Part shown: positions 55,001 through 64,000 of the stretch, one piece after another
How positions within the stretch are numbered: the stretch's first letter is position 1
Layout: every line of letters starts with the position of its first letter
Notes under the pieces: generated by a model
Seen by the model: the letters and a program-made list of their open reading frames with translations, nothing else
What the model was told of the DNA's origin: nothing
The model's database searches: none
Source: Lytechinus pictus
Taxonomy: Eukaryota
Assembly (NCBI RefSeq): GCF_037042905.1
Contig: NC_087252.1
Span: 20,152,001 to 20,216,000 of the forward strand
Reading direction: 5' to 3'
Length of the DNA: 64,000 nucleotides
Translations under genes and position numbers: made by a program

Positions 55001-57977
55001 TGCCAGGTACCATGGAATGGTTTTGAAATATATAAGGGGGGGGGGGTGCGAGGTGAACGTTCATAAATTACTACTTGATGGTAATTTCTTGTTAACTAAT
55101 TACGTGGGAGCTTGGGGGGCTGAAGCGCTCTGCAGCTCAACCCCCTTTGCAGTTGTCCATGAACGTTACCCCATTGCATTTGAAAGGGGGTACTCCAAGC
55201 TAAAATTAACCCCCCCCCCCGAATTTATTGAAGTTTAGCAATGTTTTGTGAAAAGCAGTTGTATGCACGTCGTCATGAGTATAAAAAAGGTGGGCTGATG
55301 ATGTCATGTTTCCACTATACCTCTCTTATTTATGTATCATAATTATTGATATTTCCATATTTGTTTGAATAGATCTGCCTTCTAATAAGAAAAGTTGAAG
55401 CAAATAATAATTTTATATCCAATGCATTAAATGCCAATCCAATTTCTATAATTCTTGGAGGATAAAATTTAATAAACATAATCTCATAAAATGAATAAAA
55501 AAACAAATTGCGGTTTTTTAAATCTTTAGTGTCATGCGTTCGTTATTCCTTGTCTGATGAACATTGTTTTATTTGATTTTATGTTACCAGATAAAATCAT
55601 ATAATTTTCACACCTGGAGTACATTAATCATTTTGTTACCAGTAGACACTCTGTTAACGCTAACTCTGCAAATGCATAGATAAGTTGTGCTATTTTTCGT
55701 TGACTGTTACTGGTTTATTGACATTTATATATATTATCATTGGAAAATACTTTAGTAACACACACTCACAAAAGAAACCGCGAAAAGGAAAAAAAAGAAA
55801 AATCAAGGTCGAAACCGTCATTTATTAATGGCACGACGAGGATCATCCGGCCGCAAAGGTCGACTATTTTTTTTTATGTTGAAATCTAATATTCACATTC
55901 TTATAGGTGGATGGCAGGAAGCGCACACAGAAGAACAAATTTCAGAGGAGGAGGCCGGAGATTAGAATAATGACGATATTTTGAGTAGTGATGTTAACCC
56001 TAAGCAGGAAGATCAAGGTATACATATGAATTTATTTATAAATGATTCTTATGCTGTCCTATATACTTAAACGGAAAATAGTGTACTAAGTTTACTTAGG
56101 AATTAAACTGACTATATTTTCGAGATGGCAGAGTATTTCAAAATGCAGTATTGCTAATGGATGTAATTGCTGGCTTTGTCTTACAAATAGTTGTGATTGA
56201 TCTGTCCAGTCACACCTATGGCAAGCCATTATCGCCCACATTTACAATGCATATGTCTCTTAAAATATCTTATAACTGGGAAGTATAGTTGTGCATGCAT
56301 ACTTATCTTAACAACTTTGTTCTTGTGTTTCTAAATTAACCAAAAAAATAAAATGTCAATTAGATGAAGAAGTGTGACATTGTTGGATTTCCATTGCCAA
56401 AATTGAGTGGATTAATTACAATTCTTTGTCAGACGGGGTCCAAATGTGTATTGCTATCTTTGCCAGTATAAAAGAATGCCTCGCATGCATTGCAGACGAC
56501 AGCCGCGTCGTCAACAGCAAATCTTAACCCAAGTTTAAGTTTTTGAAATGACATCATATTTGAGAAATTATAGAGACTTAGTTCATAAATCCTGGGGCCC
56601 GTTGCATAAAACTTTTTACCTGAGAAAACTCGGGTTGTTTTTACCGGAGTTTTTGCCCTGTGTTAAAGTCAATGGCAGAAATCAGACTAATCTTAGTTTT
56701 CAGTTTTTACCAGATATTTCTCAGGTAAACAGTTTTATGCAACGGGCCCCGGGACATTAGGGCAAACAAGTATCACTGAGCACCCTGTGCAGGTTTCAGG
56801 TCAAATGACCAAGGTCAAAGGTCATTTATGGTCAATGAACTTAGACAATATGGGGGAATCAATATCGAAATCTTAACATAAGATTAAGTTTTTAAAATGT
56901 CATAATAACGTTAACAAGTGGATGGACCTAGTTCATGAAACTTACACACAAGGGTTATGAAGTGTTACTGCACATCCTGTCTGGGTTTCAGGACACGTGA
57001 CCAAGGCCAAAGGTCATTTAGGGTCAACGAACTTTAAAATGTAGGGGATATAGTTGAATTTCCATCATAACTTTTGATGTTTATGGAGCTAGTTCATAGA
57101 ACTTCGACATAAGAGTAATCAAGTATCACTAAGCACCCTTTGCAGGTTTCAGGTCACATGACCAAGGTAAAAGGTCATTTCGGGTCAATGAACTTTGGCA
57201 ATGTTGTAGGTAATTGTTGAATTGCCATCATAACTTTAAAGTTTATGGATATAGTTAATGAAATGTGGACATAGGGGTAATCCATTGTCATTGCTTATCT
57301 TGCACAAGTCGTACGTCACGTGATCAAGGTCAAATGTCATTTAGGGTCAATGAACTTAGTAGCATATTATCATATGAATGGTGTTTTTGTGAATAATTAT
57401 TTTATAGTCATTTTCAAAGTCCGCACTGCTGCTATATTGAATCGCGAGACTGCCAGAACGCTCCACTTGTTTAACAAATGAAAATATAACTTGAAATTTT
57501 GTAATAATTTACAGCATGAAACGAAGGAGAGAATGAAAAGAGTGAAGCCAATTTGGATCGAACATAATTTTCTGCCAAGCACTTCTGTATAGATTCTACA
57601 GTTATATAACTACAGTAGACTAATGAGGCCGGATTTGATTTTTTGTATACCTATCAGCATCATTTTATTTGTTTTTTTCTCATTCAGTGTTGTCAATATC
57701 TTTTTGCGCCATGCCTCATAAATGTTTTTTTCTTCTGTAAAGGTCCATATCCATCTTACACAATTTTGAATATTTTGTGTGACTTTGTAAATATAAATCG
57801 ACATTACGGTTGAATGAAATTAAATTGAATTGAATAATTTTTATAGATGAATTGAAAGAAAAAAAGGAGACTGTCAAAGCAGAAAGTCAAGGAGAGGATG
57901 TTGTAAGCAAAAAGAATGATGATAACATGACTCAAAATGTTAACTCTTTGAAGGAAGGCCCAGATACAGATGATTGA
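21978..57977 (+). CDS. Type I transmembrane receptor: signal peptide, Ig-V, Ig-C2, TM, tandem death-domain-like repeats (18 coding exons)
   Basis: All 18 exons have AG/GT boundaries and join in one frame (all phase 1 except one phase-2 junction). 1,134 aa to TAG at 55963-55965, or 1,195 positions to TGA at 57975-57977. Confidence 0.8.
22120..22800 (+). mobile_element. Degenerate LINE RT C-terminal fragment in the receptor's first coding intron
   Basis: RYLGLIISSDLSWKTHIDSVLSRANHLLGFI; after a frameshift KLERVQRTATK...MSYEDRLKLL. Confidence 0.8.
23533..23698. mobile_element. Fully palindromic CACTGTAAAAA MITE
   Basis: About 75-bp near-perfect inverted arms; TA flanks. Confidence 0.85.
24574..24687 (+). 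CDS. Receptor c2: N-half of Ig V-set (GILQCRVRGEPLAVFWEKG)
   Basis: B-strand Cys and C-strand Trp; tttttatag acceptor and gtaag donor. Confidence 0.85.
25386..25424 (-). ncRNA. Variant minimal hammerhead-like motif (Penelope solo-pLTR-like relic)
   Basis: Minus strand gcct-CCGACGA-a-gattc-tgcta-ggatc-GAAA-gc-TT-aggc; core has C instead of U at position 4. Confidence 0.4.
25585..25800 (+). CDS. Receptor c3: C-half of Ig V-set (FSLVIHDVEDDDAGRYICR)
   Basis: Canonical DxGxYxC motif; acceptor could alternatively be at 25591. Confidence 0.9.
26380..26961. mobile_element. Non-autonomous DNA transposon with short internal repeats
   Basis: TIR ccattccacaga...agacc / ggtct...tctgtggaatgg; internal gaaagacc/ggtcttt repeats. 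Confidence 0.6.
27085..27498 (+). CDS. Receptor c4: second Ig (C2-like) plus Thr-rich stalk
   Basis: ELTCRARG...LSWT...YFCTA; ORF 27072..27515. Confidence 0.85.
28015..28071 (+). CDS. Receptor c5: transmembrane helix (VAIAIIIVITLLITLIIIS)
   Basis: ttacag acceptor and gtaagt donor, phase 1-1. Confidence 0.85.
28528..28605 (+). CDS. Receptor c6: TM end, stop-transfer WRRRIKK, YAPL
   Basis: IIIVFIWRRRIKKSYAPLNGDKKFIK; aag acceptor and gtagt donor. Confidence 0.8.
29466..29705 (+). CDS. Receptor c7: divergent death-like domain 1
   Basis: ...FYYELCRWKE...LSRAIEEVGL; tttcag acceptor and gtag donor. Confidence 0.75.
34118..34310. repeat. 52-bp minisatellite, ~3.5 copies
   Basis: Unit gcggggttaaatataggcctatagtaaaacataacgaagatgcaaccccaat at 34206 and 34258. 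Confidence 0.9.
36387..36896. mobile_element. MITE with CCGG(G)nCACT TIRs and 8-bp TSD
   Basis: cattgacgagtggataccatgcgcgacc inverted at both ends; TSD agtgaagg at 36379-36386 and 36897-36904. Confidence 0.9.
38972..39748. repeat. Apparently exact 387-bp tandem duplication
   Basis: cattttatgcgatcacgaagtg starts at 38974 and 39361; I saw no differences between the copies. Confidence 0.9.
39965..40420. repeat. Degenerate short-period subrepeats (ctaggttgaacatcaattcggcgccc)
   Basis: Motif recurs roughly ten times. Confidence 0.8.
45389..45680 (+). CDS. Receptor c8: death-like domain 2, N-part (LQLMKAWKE)
   Basis: catttcag acceptor and gtaag donor; phase 1-2. Confidence 0.75.
45874..46112 (+). 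CDS. Receptor c9: insert with CCC plus death-like domain 2 C-part (QLCLALERAGK)
   Basis: tttttacaag acceptor and gtatgt donor; phase 2-1. Confidence 0.75.
46473..46739 (+). CDS. Receptor c10: death domain-like 3
   Basis: IRELALSI...YQNLAKATRIS...MLEGWLQ...LRQAAERCSRQDIA. Confidence 0.8.
47820..47930 (+). CDS. Receptor c11: low-complexity linker
   Basis: DIFITKEQ...SETKH completes RQDIADI; tttccacag acceptor and gtaagt donor. Confidence 0.75.
48890..49027 (+). CDS. Receptor c12: linker
   Basis: Open phase 1-1 exon; aag acceptor and gtaagt donor. Confidence 0.7.
49303..49599 (+). CDS. Receptor c13: helical module of uncertain fold
   Basis: ORF 49254..49613; tttgtacag acceptor and gtaag donor. 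Confidence 0.75.
49825..49907. repeat. 83-nt hairpin (36-bp arms, 11-nt loop)
   Basis: aacagctaatgatagtgcccaaaggacagtatgaca vs tgtcacactgtcctttgggcactatcattggctgtt; 2 differences. Confidence 0.9.
50548..51062. mobile_element. Second, more diverged copy of the CCGG(G)nCACT MITE
   Basis: Shares TIR and internal sequence with 36387-36896; a third, truncated copy lies at ~63100-63290. Confidence 0.8.
51110..51403 (+). CDS. Receptor c14: death domain-like 4
   Basis: LVELASRL...FAKALNISDEKL...LLLEMK...MANDLKVAGYLEEA; ttttctag acceptor and gtgagt donor. Confidence 0.85.
51925..52308. mobile_element. MITE (Harbinger-like TIRs)
   Basis: aagccctgcgcacactatgcga / tcgtatagtgtgcgccgggctt. Confidence 0.6.
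52437..53262 (+). mobile_element. Helentron-associated (HINE/DINE-1-like) repeat with ~120-bp subrepeats, copy 1
   Basis: Starts tttttgtctcacctgcatagcagagtgagact; repeated ctagttcatgaaactt...aaggtcaaaggtcatt units. Confidence 0.6.
53395..53646 (+). CDS. Receptor c15: death domain-like 5
   Basis: KLAKELGVS...VLQRWRN...MADALHNLGEKELA. Confidence 0.85.
54716..54964 (+). CDS. Receptor c16: death domain-like 6
   Basis: MLAKTI...KLTRVLG...LSNELLKAGFYKFAHEI; gtcag acceptor and gtaagt donor. Confidence 0.8.
55907..56017 (+). CDS. Receptor c17: acidic tail exon containing an in-frame TAG (55963-55965)
   Basis: GGWQEAHTEEQISEEEAGD*NNDDILSSDVNPKQEDQ; ttatag acceptor and gtatac donor. Confidence 0.65.
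56470..57472 (+). mobile_element. Same repeat family, copy 2, with a nested MITE at ~56594-56749
   Basis: Same subrepeats, ends ...ccacttgtt; nested gggcccgttgcataaaact / agttttatgcaacgggccc TIR element. Confidence 0.65.
57847..57977 (+). CDS. Receptor c18: charged terminal exon ending in TGA
   Basis: DELKEKKETVKAESQGEDVVSKKNDDNMTQNVNSLKEGPDTDD*; ttttatag acceptor, phase 1. Confidence 0.6.
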
Positions 57978-58075
57978 ATTGATTTTTTCTTTATATTAAC
58001 GTATGATAAATTGGTTCATAAAATGCTTTACCTGTGTAAATTTAAACTTCAGATATACTGAATGTCAAGTCTCAA

Positions 58076-58529
58076 CAGGGCAGGGGCGGATCCAGGATTT
58101 TCCAAAGGGGGGAGGTAAATTTTTCGGAGGAAAATTTTGACAAGCCAAAAACAGGTTTTCAACCACAAATTAAGGATATTTCGTACCCGAAAAAATTTGA
58201 CAAGCAAAAAAAAGAAAAAAGTTTTCAACCACAAATTAATGGTATTTCGTACTCTGAAAAAATTGACGAGCAAAAAAAGAAAAGGTTTTCAACCACCGTC
58301 CAAATTAAGGGTATTTCGTACCCGAAAAAAATTGACAAGCAAAAAAAAAAGAAAAGGTTTTGAACCACAAATTCAGGGTATTTCGTACTCGAAAAAAATT
58401 CACAAGCAAAAAAAAGGTCTTAACCTCTGCTTTAATTGCATTTTTACATTACAAATCATTAATTTTGCTTCTCAAAGGGAGGGGGCACAGGGGGCACGTG
58501 CCCCCCCCCCACCCCTGAATCCGCGCCTG
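58076..58529. mobile_element. hAT-like MITE with ~60-bp internal tandem repeats, just 3' of the receptor stop
   Basis: caggggcggatccagg / cctgaatccgcgcctg; 8-bp TSD agtctcaa at 58068-58075 and 58530-58537. Confidence 0.85.
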
Positions 58530-59449
58530 AGTCTCAATAATCGTAAGGAAAAGTGATACTATTTAAGAGCGTGTCGAAGTACAGTACATTGGTCAAAGGT
58601 TACAGTCACATATATTATGTTAATATAGATAAAAATAAATATATGATGTGAATGTACATTTAAGCATTTGAACAGTCCAAACTCGTTTCAAATTGAATAA
58701 TTTTAAAACAAGTTAATTTTCTTTGATCAGGAGGAAAAAAGACGAACGAGGCTGCGAATAATTCACAGCTGCATGGTAGGAATTACATCAACAAGCGAGA
58801 AAAGCGAGAACGGTGCATGAACACTTACGGCACTTGCACCGCGCATTGCTGTTCTGCTGCAGAATGCCATGATGTTCTTGTCAGTCAAGCTGAATGTGGG
58901 AAATCTACCGTACTTCATCGGCCTACAGACTTTCCTATATACAGAATAAATGCGATATGACCCTGTCTGGCAGAGATCCCAAATTAAACCAGAGAAAGGT
59001 TGGCTAAGGTCAACGAAAATGGATAATCTGTCCTTTATCAGGCATTCGGACCTTTCGCATCTACTACGGAAACGCTCTCTAAAACGGACCAGTTCCTTTG
59101 GAAATGCAAGTCCAATTACAATGGAGAGCTGAGGGACGTTTGTCGAAAGTTGGCAGACGGGGATAGCATGGGAATCCCTTGACGCTGGACAGCGACATTA
59201 TTTGCAATTGTTCGTCCGATGCAAATCTTCTAAGGATCTGCTGCTCCAGTTCACCAATTGTCTACAAAAGCCTCTGACCTCTCCATTGTGATTATAATTT
59301 CCATTTTCAAAGGAGTCGATGCGTTGTAGAGAGTATCCCCGTAGTAAATGCGAAAAGTCACTTTTGCCCTTCCTTATATACGTAGATCAGTAAATGGCAG
59401 CCTGTTGCGATATGCAACCGAATGAAAAATATAAATCTAGGTTTTGTTT

Positions 59450-60892
59450 ACAGGTGCCGCTTTTCCTACGGCGGCGGTGGCGTCAACATAAAAAATGACA
59501 TCATAACTTAAAGTAGTATATGGGCATAGTTCATGAAACTTACACAATAAGGATAATGACGTATTACTAATCATTCTCCCAGAGTTTCAGATCAAATGAC
59601 CAAGGTCAAAGGTCATTTAGGTTTAATGAACTTTGAACACGTTAGGGGAATTTGTTTAATTTCCATCGTAACTTTAACTTTTTTATTGAACTAGTGACGT
59701 AGTCAGAGTAATCAAGTATCACTGAACATCTGAACTATACAAAGTTAGAAAGATAATGATAAATACAACCATTGACACAAAAACTAGAGAATTTCAGTTC
59801 AAAGTGCTAAACAACATTTTGTTTTTTAACTATAGGCTGTATAAAATGAAAATAAAAGATTCACCAGTGTGCTCTTTGGTTTGTAAAGAATATGAAACCT
59901 TAGAACATGCACTATGGTATTGTAATTATGTAAAAATATTTTGGGATGAATTCAAGGCTTATTTATCGATGTTGGATTTTTCAACACTAGGCGAGCAGAC
60001 CATAATTATTGGATTTTTGCATGACAAACAAGATGCTAAAATAAAAAATCATGTCTTACTTATAGCAAAGAGGTGTATTTACACGAGCATAAACAGTAAC
60101 AATAAGCCAAGCATTGACCATTTTAAAAGAATGTTGTTTTCTTCGTACACAGAAGAAATGCACATCGCTAAAAGGAAGGGGAAGTTGTATGTCCATCAAA
60201 GAAAATGGAATTGTATTATGTCACTATTCACTTCGAATCACTAATTGTATGTAACGAACCTGTACTTACTTTGTTACATGCATTACTATGTGTAAACACA
60301 AAAAGTATGAATGTATCCTTATCGATCTGTATCATATGTTTTATTGGAAAGTATCAATAAAATACTATTGAAATATAAAAAAATCACTGAACATCTTTTG
60401 CGAGTTTCAGGTCACATGACCAAGGTCATTTAGGGTCAATGAACTTTAGCAATGGTCTTGGTATTTGTTCAATTACCATTACAACTTTGAAATTTTATTA
60501 ATCTAGTTCATACAAATTAGACATAAGAGTACTGAAGTATCACTTAACATCCTGTGCGAGTTTCAAGTTACATGACTAAGGCCAAAGGTTATTTAGGGTC
60601 AGTGAACTTTGGTCATGTTGGGGATATTTGCTGAAATGGCATCATTACTTAGAAAGTCTATACGTTCTAGTTCATGAAACATAGACATAAGGGTAATCAA
60701 GTATGAATGATTATTTCACACACATCTTAGATCACGTGATCACGGTCAAAGGTCATTTTTGGTCATTTGACATACTAATTTTATTATCATATGAATGATT
60801 TCTTTTATTAATAATTATTCAATAACTGTTTTCAAAGTCATTACTGATGCTATGTCGAATCGCGCAATGCAGGCGATACTGCTAGACTTGTC
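59450..60892 (+). mobile_element. Same Helentron-like repeat family, copy 3, interrupted by an L1/Tx1 insertion
   Basis: aggtgccgcttt...ggcggcgg...cgtcaacat start and ~120-bp subrepeats. Confidence 0.65.
59732..60382 (+). mobile_element. 5'-truncated L1/Tx1-type LINE (zf-RVT C-terminus)
   Basis: ORF 59756..60244 FQFKVLNNIL...CSLVC...ETLEHALWYC...FW; AATAAA plus A-rich tail; 14-bp TSD atcactgaacatct at 59718-59731 and 60383-60396. Confidence 0.9.
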
Positions 60893-60989
60893 CTTGTCCA
60901 AACCCTTGCAAAACTTCCTTAAGTGACTATGATTGATATGTGTAAGTTACGCACAGTGTATAAATGTTAACCTTATCTTTGGTTCTTCT

Positions 60990-61135
60990 GGGGTCCGGTG
61001 CAGAAAGAGTTGCGTTTAAACGCAAGTCAAAAAATCAATCGCAAGTCCCAAATGCGCGCTGTTGATTGGTTGAAAATCAAGTTGCGCATGATTTTTAGAG
61101 TTGCGATTGACCGCAACTCTTTCTGTAACGGGCCC
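60990..61135. mobile_element. PIF/Harbinger-like MITE
   Basis: gggtccggtgcagaaagagttgcg / cgcaactctttctgtaacgggccc; ctg on both flanks. Confidence 0.7.
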
Positions 61136-64000
61136 CTGCTTTGTTTGTTTGTTGGGCTTTTTTGTATGTGTCCGATCTCCTTGAATGCTAATTTCATAAT
61201 CATTTTAAAGGAACCTTCAGACTTTGCAAGTTCTGTTTTTTATGCAAGTTCCTTCATTTTTTAAAGTTTTTATATATTGCCATTGTCATCTATATTCTAT
61301 ATGATAATCTTATGTATCAACTTTTTGTATTATGTTGCTATATATTTTGTGAAATATGACAATAATTTCAAATCGGAATAATGCCGAAACCTTCGTCATG
61401 ACAAGCTGCGTAAAAAATAACAGCTACTGTACATGAACTCATTGGCTACAAGCTACATGTACATATATGACATAGGAAACATGCAAATTTTGCACAGAAA
61501 TGGGCATATACAAATTCCACATGAAAAGTAGTGATGATTGATGACAGCATTAATTTGACTGTTCAATTCTACAAACCATGTCACATCTCCCCATGCCCTA
61601 ACCTCGGCGCCCAGTGCATTTCAAGGACTTGTTCCAGCTGGGTACCCCCTCACCTCACCTGAGTTAAGCACAATGTGGGTAAATTCCTTGCCGAAGAAAA
61701 ACACGCCATTGCTGGGATTCGACCCCCCCCCCTCTAATTGAAAAACGACAGTCGAAACCGCTAAACCACGACATCCCCACATACCGTAATACCATAATTA
61801 TACCGTATTTTTTATTTGTCAGAGCCCTTGATATCACTATTTATAAATATACATGTATTATGTCTATTTATATATATTTTCATATCATTATTGTAAAACC
61901 CTGCACAATTGGCAGAGAAGTAGAATTTATATATTTGCACTGGCAACAGACCTGGATAAATGTAATTTTCTGATTTTTTTATGAAATAAAGAAGACTTTT
62001 ATCTATCTTTCTTAAATTTAGAATAAAAGATTTTGTGAACACTGAATTTTCTTGAAGTCAACCAAATAATGAAACAACAGGTATTGTACCACTTGCGTAA
62101 ACTATACCACACTATCGGTTGCATATTTATAATCAATTGAATGCCAATTCGTCCAAATGCCAACTCGTCTGCTTTCATTTGGTCTACCATCAGTTCACCC
62201 AATATCCACATGGTCTATTCGCCATTTCTTCCACTCCCCAGTTCGTCTAATAACCAGTTGGTCCAATACACATTTAGTCCTTAAACCATGTGGTCTAATT
62301 AGACTATGTGTTTATTGGGCGAAATGAATGAAAATAAAACGAATATTAGACCAAGTGGCTATGAGACGAGGTAATGATTGAACCAAATGGTTGTTAGACA
62401 AAATGTTGATGGACAGAATGGCATTAGACTAAATGAAGGTCGACCATGTGGTGAGTGGACGAATTGGCAATTTACCGTGATTACTGACCACTTTAATTCA
62501 TGTCGCTCCCAACTTGCTATGGTGTATATACTGTTGAGATTATTGAAATTATTTTTATTTCTGCCATTTTTATATAATTTCTTATCTGGCTTATTCCACC
62601 TCATTCACACTCTCCCTCTGTACAGTTTATTACTATGTTGATTGAATTTGTTTACTATGTTCTGTAGAAATGCTGTTTTTATTTGTTTACTATATTGTAC
62701 ATACAATCCTTTGTTTGGGTAAATATCTACATGTTATTTCTCAAGCATTATCCTGTCCATGCTTACTCATGGTTAGTTCGATATTCAATGCTTGGGAAGT
62801 CAAAGATGTAGAATGAAGGAATCCATCGAAGTGTTGAGGCCAAAAAAAAAACCTCTATAAAATCTACCTAAAATGTAACGGGCATGTACTACTTATCTAG
62901 ATAATTTGCCATCGTGAGATACTCAAGCGCGCAAAAAGCAGCGCGCTTTATTTTATTTTCCATATTCGTGAGCGTGTTGTTCTTACGGTTGGTATAATTG
63001 TGTCATCAGCGGTGTACTTTTGCTGTAGCTTCAACATCGCGTGTACGGCAGCATAATCCAGTATTTTCATATCGATGATAATTTGCAACAGGGTATTCGC
63101 CCCGGGGGGGGGGGGGGGCTTCCATTGGCGAGTGGATACCATGCGCGACCATGGGGTCTCAAAAACGTATTGGCGTGTGAAACCCTACCCTTAACAATTA
63201 TTGGAAACAAAACGATACTCTTGGCAAGTATTCCCTGAAATGAACCCCCAAGCAAGAACAGCGATATTTTATTGTTGTGCCACGGGTCCGTCGCAGAATG
63301 GGCCAGAATGAGTTGAAAGTGCGCCAAAATTATATTCCGTATTAGATTTTTATTTTAACATGTTGATAATGGGTAATTTGGGGCGTAGAATCGACTGAAC
63401 ATAATTTAAAGCCGATATGACGTCACCTTGATACCAAATTTTGATTGGCTATTTAAAACCTAGCTGTGAAAAGACAAATTACGCTAAACAATGTGTAGTA
63501 TATAAACTTTGTGTTATGTGCTACTTTAAGATTGACCAGTGTGAATGTTGGTTTATGCTTCTCACATTCCTAAAAAGTGTGTATGAGATGCCGAAAATAA
63601 TTTTATGGCATCAAAACGATAATTAATTAGATTTATATTAAAAAAAATCTTTAAAATCTGAAACTATCAACCGTGCTGTATCGAGTTGTGTTGACTTGTG
63701 AAAAACACAGAGTATGTAACACCACGAATGTATCACTATGATAAGTGTTTTTGGCTGAAATTATTCTCTGGGGGAGTTGTGGATATAGCCCTTTTTTGCG
63801 TTGGCAACCTTTATTTTGTTTACATTATGCTCGGAATTCATGAAATTTTCATGGAATGGAAGGGGAATCGTCCTCGCTGTGCAAAAGCGAACGGCAATGT
63901 ACACCCATACGGTGCGCTACGATGACTGCGCGGTATAAAAATGGGTGTTGTGTCAGGTAAAATCGGCTCTAACATGAAAACGGGCAAAAACGGGCAGCAA

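Noticed and set aside
21978..57977. Naming the receptor UNC5, TNFR or IL-1R-like
   Set aside because: No TSP1/ZU5, no Cys-rich TNFR repeats and no TIR motifs are visible
58137..58556. Lys-rich 139-aa ORF
   Set aside because: Translation of A-rich tandem repeats inside a MITE

Overview
AT-rich, repeat-dense, intron-containing animal genomic DNA; repeat types and gene content suggest a marine invertebrate, most plausibly an echinoderm/sea urchin (inference). Most ORF-track entries are spurious or single exons. Reading splice sites by hand gives three loci. (1) A minus-strand 8-exon alpha/beta-hydrolase gene (10349 to at least 1124, probably continuing off the left edge) with an N-terminal membrane anchor and a Ser-Asp-His triad. 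(2) A minus-strand SLC16/monocarboxylate-transporter-like pseudogene (13434-14806). (3) The main discovery: a plus-strand gene with 18 coding exons (21978-57977) encoding a ~1,134-1,195 aa type I receptor. It has a signal peptide, V-type Ig, C2-like Ig, TM, a juxtamembrane YxxL-x12-YxxL motif, then a tail of about six death-domain-like repeats plus one uncertain helical module, almost all on symmetric phase-1 exons, with an in-frame TAG in the penultimate exon. Introns and intergenic DNA hold LINE fragments, a Penelope GIY-YIG fragment with a hammerhead ribozyme, many MITEs with visible TIRs/TSDs, Helentron-like repeats carrying DR1 motifs, and a ~14.7 kb segment bounded by ~1 kb inverted arms. 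All domain calls are by-eye motif recognition, not database searches.
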